Part shown: one piece after another, positions 60,463 to 64,000 of the stretch
Position numbering within the stretch: position 1 is the first letter of the stretch
Layout of the letters: every line of letters starts with the position of its first letter
Source: a virus
Virus record (IMG/VR): IMGVR_UViG_3300024999_000034
Coordinates: 1 to 64,000 of that record
Strand: one strand, 5' to 3'
Length of the DNA stretch: 64,000 bases
The notes under the pieces: model-generated
What the model was told of the DNA's origin: nothing
What the model saw: the letters and a program-made list of their open reading frames with translations, nothing else
Databases searched by the model: none
Translations under genes and position numbers: made by a program

Positions 60463-62355
60463 ATGACCAAATTATTATTGAATGACCAACTAAAAGGAGT
60501 AGAACTTTATTTTGAAGGAAAGCCATCACAAACCATCATCGACAGTTTAAAAAGCAATGGTTTTCGTTATCATGGTGGAAAAGTTTGTTGGTATGCAAAA
60601 CAGTCTGAAAAAACTATGGCAGAAGCTCAAAAACACACTTTAGAGCAAGGAACAGAACAAACACAAGTTAAACCATTAACACTCGTTACACCAGTGGTTA
60701 AAGCACAAAAGGAAGTAAAAAATAATATTATTCTTCCTTTGTGGGATCTTACACAATGGTCAGATATTCAAGTTGACAACAAACAAGGCACAAAATCAAT
60801 TGCATCAGAAATGAGAAAGCATGTCAGGACTCGTTTCCCTATGTGTAAATTTTCAATCACTAGTGACTATTCCAGTGTTTCTTTCTATATTGTTGCAAGT
60901 CCTTACGATCAAGAAAGTGAATATTTAAAAGCGATAAGGTTATACTGTGATAACTTAATCAAAGCTTATCGGTATTGTACTTGTGACGATCCATACGGAG
61001 ACTATGGAAGTTCATATAATTTTTATGGTTCTCATACCTCAATTGATTACCATTACAAGCAAACTGAGCAAACAGCAGAAATAAAATCTGATATGTTAGA
61101 CTTTGATGCTAAAAAAGCATTGGAAGAAACTAAAGTAGAAGAACAAAAGGAAAAGGATTATCAATTGTATTTAGTTCAAAAAGAACTAGACAAAAAATCC
61201 TATGAAGAATCAGCTAAGAAAGAAGCCGAACAAGTTCAAACTATCAATGCTAGTATCTCTATAACAGACTTAGCAAGAGAACAGCAATACTTTGTAATTG
61301 GTTCACAGTTTGCACACTTGAACAAGAATAACACCTTAGACCAATATAAAGAGGACGTAGAAAAAGGCGAATTCTATTTACAAAATGTCAAGATTACAAA
61401 AGAAATCCATTTCCAAACTGAAGAAGCTCTATCCTACTTCTCTAACATGTTGCTTAATGATTTTGATTTTCTTGCCGAAACTGGTGGAAGTTATACAGAC
61501 GATGTTCGTATTAATTCCATGACGGATTATAACAACATGACTGAGGAAGAGCGCAAAACTGTTGTATTTAATCTTTATGGAGTCGGAATTTACTATAACA
61601 ATGAACTCAAATTCGTTGTGGACGCTCAAGGCCATTCATACGCCAGATATGTTGGGTTAATTGAAAATGTTACCATTCAAAAATCTGACAATGTAGATCA
61701 ATTAGTTAACCATGAACAAATAAAAGAATTAAAGGGAAAAGTTGAAACCCTTGAGGATTTATCAGTTGAAGCAATAACTTGTAATCCTTCTTTAGTTGGA
61801 ACATGGGACAAAGAGAATTGGAACGAATACAAAGACAGGATGAAACAGATTTTCAATAAAAACTATTTTAAATTAACCAAGTCTATCATTCAGCAAATAC
61901 CTGAAGAGTCGGAAACCTTAAAAGGTTGTATGTATAGACTGCTCAAGGAAGTTGATGGAATTCAGGAACAGTTTAGGAATGCAGACTTGAAGCAAGGCCA
62001 GAAAGTAACATTATTCTATATTACTGATTTTGGAAGCGTAGCAAATCAAATGGTAACGCTCGATAGTGTTGAGTATACTAAATACGCGCAGTATGATAAT
62101 GCAGTAAAATTGACTTGGATACCAAAAGGAAAAAGGAAACAGTATTACAATTTCTTTTACAGCACTTTGTTAGTTTATGAGGGATGGTTAGAACTTCCTC
62201 AAAGTGTTCTGCATGAAGTGAGCGAATCTAATGATTTTGTCATAACAAAAACTAAATATTTGAGCTGTGATAAAAAGCAGTATGACGAGATTTTAGACCA
62301 TTATGAAGTACAGGGACTTAAACCAGTGATAAATACCTATAAACCTACATTCTAA
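60463..62355 (+). CDS. Large polyvalent protein with LPD29-like domain
   Basis: IASEMRKHVRTRFPMCKFSITSDYSSVSF resembles LPD29. N-terminal VELYFEGKPSQTIIDSLKSNGFRYH. Confidence 0.6.
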   Translation: MTKLLLNDQLKGVELYFEGKPSQTIIDSLKSNGFRYHGGKVCWYAKQSEKTMAEAQKHTLEQGTEQTQVKPLTLVTPVVKAQKEVKNNIILPLWDLTQWSDIQVDNKQGTKSIASEMRKHVRTRFPMCKFSITSDYSSVSFYIVASPYDQESEYLKAIRLYCDNLIKAYRYCTCDDPYGDYGSSYNFYGSHTSIDYHYKQTEQTAEIKSDMLDFDAKKALEETKVEEQKEKDYQLYLVQKELDKKSYEESAKKEAEQVQTINASISITDLAREQQYFVIGSQFAHLNKNNTLDQYKEDVEKGEFYLQNVKITKEIHFQTEEALSYFSNMLLNDFDFLAETGGSYTDDVRINSMTDYNNMTEEERKTVVFNLYGVGIYYNNELKFVVDAQGHSYARYVGLIENVTIQKSDNVDQLVNHEQIKELKGKVETLEDLSVEAITCNPSLVGTWDKENWNEYKDRMKQIFNKNYFKLTKSIIQQIPEESETLKGCMYRLLKEVDGIQEQFRNADLKQGQKVTLFYITDFGSVANQMVTLDSVEYTKYAQYDNAVKLTWIPKGKRKQYYNFFYSTLLVYEGWLELPQSVLHEVSESNDFVITKTKYLSCDKKQYDEILDHYEVQGLKPVINTYKPTF

Positions 62356-62433
62356 CGCTTATAACAGCCATTCTATGCAGTTTGTGAAGGTTCTGCCATA
62401 ACAAAAACCTTCAATACATACTAGGAGGGCAAA

Positions 62434-63882
62434 ATGAAAAAATGGGAAAAATTATGTTGGGATAGTTTACCGAGAAAAGGCAAATATATTGATTGGAAAA
62501 ATACTGTTGGAATGACATTGAAGGGTGTGTATAACAAACTAAACTTTGAAATATTGATAATTAATTATAATATTGTTTATCGAGTATTAACTGTTAAATA
62601 TTTAGATAAAGAAACCTATGATATTAGTGCAAATGGTTTTATTAGATGTCAATTAGGGGAATATTTGTTTGACAGAAGCAAACATAAAAGAAAAGTAGGA
62701 GATATATTTATAACAAATACGGGTGAACAATTGGAAATAACAGAGTGCTTTGAAAAGTATAATTATAAAACACAACTTTATCGTTCAAAATGGTATAAAT
62801 ACAGATGTTTAAATTGTACATATGAAGGAGAGATTATTGAGGGTAATCTGACTATTGGGCAAGGATGTTCTTGTTGTAGCAATTCTAAAGTAATTGTAGA
62901 GGGCATTAATGATATTCCAACTACTGCTCCTTGGATGGTAAAATATTTTCAAGGTGGTTACGATGAAGCAAAATTATATGTTAAAACTACCCATAAAAAG
63001 ATTAAACCTATATGCCCCGACTGCAATAGGATAAAAAATAAGGAAATGGGAATATATAACATCTATAGGAATCGTTCAATAGGATGTTCTTGTGGCGATG
63101 GTATTAGTTATCCCGAAAAGATTATGTATTCAGTTTTAGACCAATTAAATATATATTTTTTTACTCAATTAAATAAAACCATATTAGATTGGTGTGAGGG
63201 GTTTAAATATGATTTTTATATTCCTTCTCCAAGCAGTATAGTTGAGACACATGGTAAACAGCATTATGAGGAAATTTCAAGGAAATCAAAAACAACATTA
63301 ATTCAAATTCAGAAAAATGATAAAAATAAAAAGGATTTGGCATTATACAATGATGTGGATAATTATATAATTATTAATTGTAGATATTCCGAACTAAATT
63401 TTATTAAAAATAATATATTGAATAGTGAATTATCTAGTATGTTTGATCTAACTATTATAAATTGGAATAAATGTGAAGAATTCGCTACAAATAATTTAGC
63501 AAAAGAAATATGTAAATTTAAAAACAATAATGAGGTCTTATCTGCAAATAAGATTAGTAAAATATTTAAAATTGGTACAACTACAGTAACATCCTATCTT
63601 AATAAAGGTACTAAATTCGGATGGTGCAATTACGATGGCAAAGAAGAAATGAAAAGAAGTGCTTTTAAAGTTGGTAAATTAAATTCTAAAAGAGTTGAGA
63701 TTTTCAAAGATGGCAAAAGTATAGGGATATTTAAAAGTAACAACGATCTGGAAAGACAAAGCGAAGAATTATTTGGAGTTAAATTATTAAATAGTGCAAT
63801 ATCGGCAGTTTGCAGAGGGAAAAGACAATCTCATAAAGGTTATTTTTTTAAATATGTAGAGGAGGTTGTAACAAATGTTTAA
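62434..63882 (+). CDS. Free-standing endonuclease (zinc ribbons, PD-(D/E)XK-like, NUMOD1), paralog of 37516..38910
   Basis: LPRKG...IDWK, CLNC..CSCC, INDIPTTAPW, YDFYIP..IVETHGKQHY, SHKGYFFKY. Confidence 0.7.
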   Translation: MKKWEKLCWDSLPRKGKYIDWKNTVGMTLKGVYNKLNFEILIINYNIVYRVLTVKYLDKETYDISANGFIRCQLGEYLFDRSKHKRKVGDIFITNTGEQLEITECFEKYNYKTQLYRSKWYKYRCLNCTYEGEIIEGNLTIGQGCSCCSNSKVIVEGINDIPTTAPWMVKYFQGGYDEAKLYVKTTHKKIKPICPDCNRIKNKEMGIYNIYRNRSIGCSCGDGISYPEKIMYSVLDQLNIYFFTQLNKTILDWCEGFKYDFYIPSPSSIVETHGKQHYEEISRKSKTTLIQIQKNDKNKKDLALYNDVDNYIIINCRYSELNFIKNNILNSELSSMFDLTIINWNKCEEFATNNLAKEICKFKNNNEVLSANKISKIFKIGTTTVTSYLNKGTKFGWCNYDGKEEMKRSAFKVGKLNSKRVEIFKDGKSIGIFKSNNDLERQSEELFGVKLLNSAISAVCRGKRQSHKGYFFKYVEEVVTNV

Positions 63883-64000
63883 AGATATTAAAGACTTCTA
63901 TCCCACTCCACAGCCACTAATTAGAAAAATGCTAGAGAAAATAGACTTCAAAATGGTTTCAAGTATTCTAGAAAATTCAGCAGGTAAAGGAGATTTGGCA
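63875..64000 (+). CDS. N-terminus of a SAM-dependent DNA methyltransferase (truncated by the window edge)
   Basis: MFKDIKDFYPTPQPLIRKMLEKIDFKMVSSILENSAGKGDLA: FYPTP and motif I, with AGGAGG RBS. Confidence 0.75.
   Translation, partial: MFKDIKDFYPTPQPLIRKMLEKIDFKMVSSILENSAGKGDLA

Noticed and set aside
56980-62413. Integron attC sites (TAACAAA resembles the start of Vibrio VCRs)
   Set aside because: The motif lies in the loop of flanking stems rather than at the start of a self-folding site. There are no matching GTTRRRY cores and no integron integrase.

Overview
The whole window is an internal segment of a large, very AT-rich SPbeta-like siphovirus or prophage of a Firmicutes (probably Clostridia) host. 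No integrase or att site is visible. The leftward arm (1-44.2 kb, minus strand) carries tail and head morphogenesis genes (tail tube, head-tail joining, major capsid, protease/scaffold, portal, TerL, TerS), then an auxiliary block (ClpP, metallophosphoesterase, YonK-like, HU, PIN-PhoH), a YonO-like single-subunit RNA polymerase, a UvrD-like helicase and wHTH replication-initiator-like genes next to an iteron-like origin candidate (42.6-42.9 kb). A 2.9-kb non-coding divergence zone with mirror-image strand skew separates it from the rightward arm (47-64 kb), which consists of short early genes in promoter-ORF-terminator cassettes, a DUF262 protein, an LPD29 protein and the start of a DNA methyltransferase. 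At least 7 free-standing endonuclease genes are scattered through the window. Signs of decay are an ISAs1 insertion with a 10-bp TSD, two in-frame stops and one frameshift. The most unusual unexplained signals are (i) a ~900-nt hairpin-dense non-coding region at 24.13-25.05 kb with minus-strand-specific G-U pairs (candidate large phage ncRNA), (ii) a boxA-containing structured leader at 56.5-56.9 kb followed by dispersed stem-loops with a conserved (GC)YAUAACAAA loop (candidate antitermination or RNA-binding system), and (iii) a bipartite fixed-spacing motif repeated between early cassettes. Family and gene names are from motif recognition, not database searches.
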